Virus record (IMG/VR): IMGVR_UViG_3300032331_003609
Coordinates: 1-64,000 of that record
Length of the DNA: 64,000 nt
Reading direction: 5' to 3' (one strand)
Below the pieces are notes generated by a model, which worked only from the letters and a program-made list of their open reading frames with translations, had not been told where the DNA came from and did not search any database. Below are positions 63,770-64,000 of this stretch, in pieces (the first letter of the stretch is position 1; every line of letters starts with the position of its first letter). Position numbers and translations under genes: made by a program.

Positions 63770-64000
63770 ATGAACAATACTATAAATTTAGTTTATGATG
63801 ATTGGCCATTAGATCAGGATCATCCCAATCCTAATGGTGATAAATATTTTCCCGAACCTAATGCGTGGATGACAGGAGATGGTCCGATGGAAACCCTTAG
63901 ATATGATAATTATGTTCACAGAAGAATGGAGGACGTTGATAAGTATCAAGAGGAAAATTTCTTCTATGTTGTTTGGCATAGGCATTCTCTATACAATAGA
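63770..64000 (+). CDS. hypothetical protein, truncated by window edge
   Basis: ATG after GATATATAAA; open to the end of the window. Confidence 0.6.
   Translation, partial: MNNTINLVYDDWPLDQDHPNPNGDKYFPEPNAWMTGDGPMETLRYDNYVHRRMEDVDKYQEENFFYVVWHRHSLYNR

Noticed and set aside
1-64000. Bacterial chromosome or prophage-flank interpretation
   Set aside because: Host-like genes (rpsU, kdsB, trxA, ppiA, cysC) are isolated among short hypotheticals with phage-type promoters and lack their usual operon neighbours; no integrase or IS was recognised

Overview
This 64-kb window is best read as part of a large (jumbo/mega) tailed dsDNA phage genome. It is AT-rich and gene-dense in code 11, with many short hypothetical ORFs. 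I recognised no bacterial housekeeping operon and no core capsid or polymerase gene. A Bacteroidota host is inferred from a phage-type ribosomal protein bS21, TAnnTTTG (-7) promoter elements, A-rich leaders without Shine-Dalgarno sites, and Bacteroidota-style lipoprotein and T9SS-like exported proteins. Main blocks: (1) a GC-richer, repeat-laden non-coding stretch at about 0.4-1.3 kb that looks origin-like; (2) auxiliary metabolic genes, including cyclophilin, an NDP-sugar epimerase/RmlC/two-subunit ThDP cluster, a carbamoyltransferase, KdsB, a glycosyltransferase, thioredoxin and a P4H; (3) a 24-35.6 kb island of exported proteins (two CsgG-like, cohesin/dockerin, C-type lectin/LCCL, beta-barrels, FeoA), with a structured RNA leader at the head of each of its two operons; (4) a Ro60/TROVE gene behind a roughly 450-nt structured Y-RNA-like locus; (5) a 53-64 kb tailoring-enzyme cluster (sulfotransferases, Trp-halogenase-like enzyme, four 2OG oxygenases, putative PAPS supply, radical SAM/SPASM) built around an ATP-grasp-Hint fusion that ends in a Cys/Trp-rich 32-mer. 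Two recurring peptide tags stand out: an N-terminal MK(H/Y)(L/I)KxFE-like tag on about 11 ORFs behind a GATATATA(A/G)A promoter, and a C-terminal (K/R)x(L/I)(I/L) tag on about 10 tailoring-cluster proteins. All family calls come from motif recognition by eye; no database search or folding program was run.
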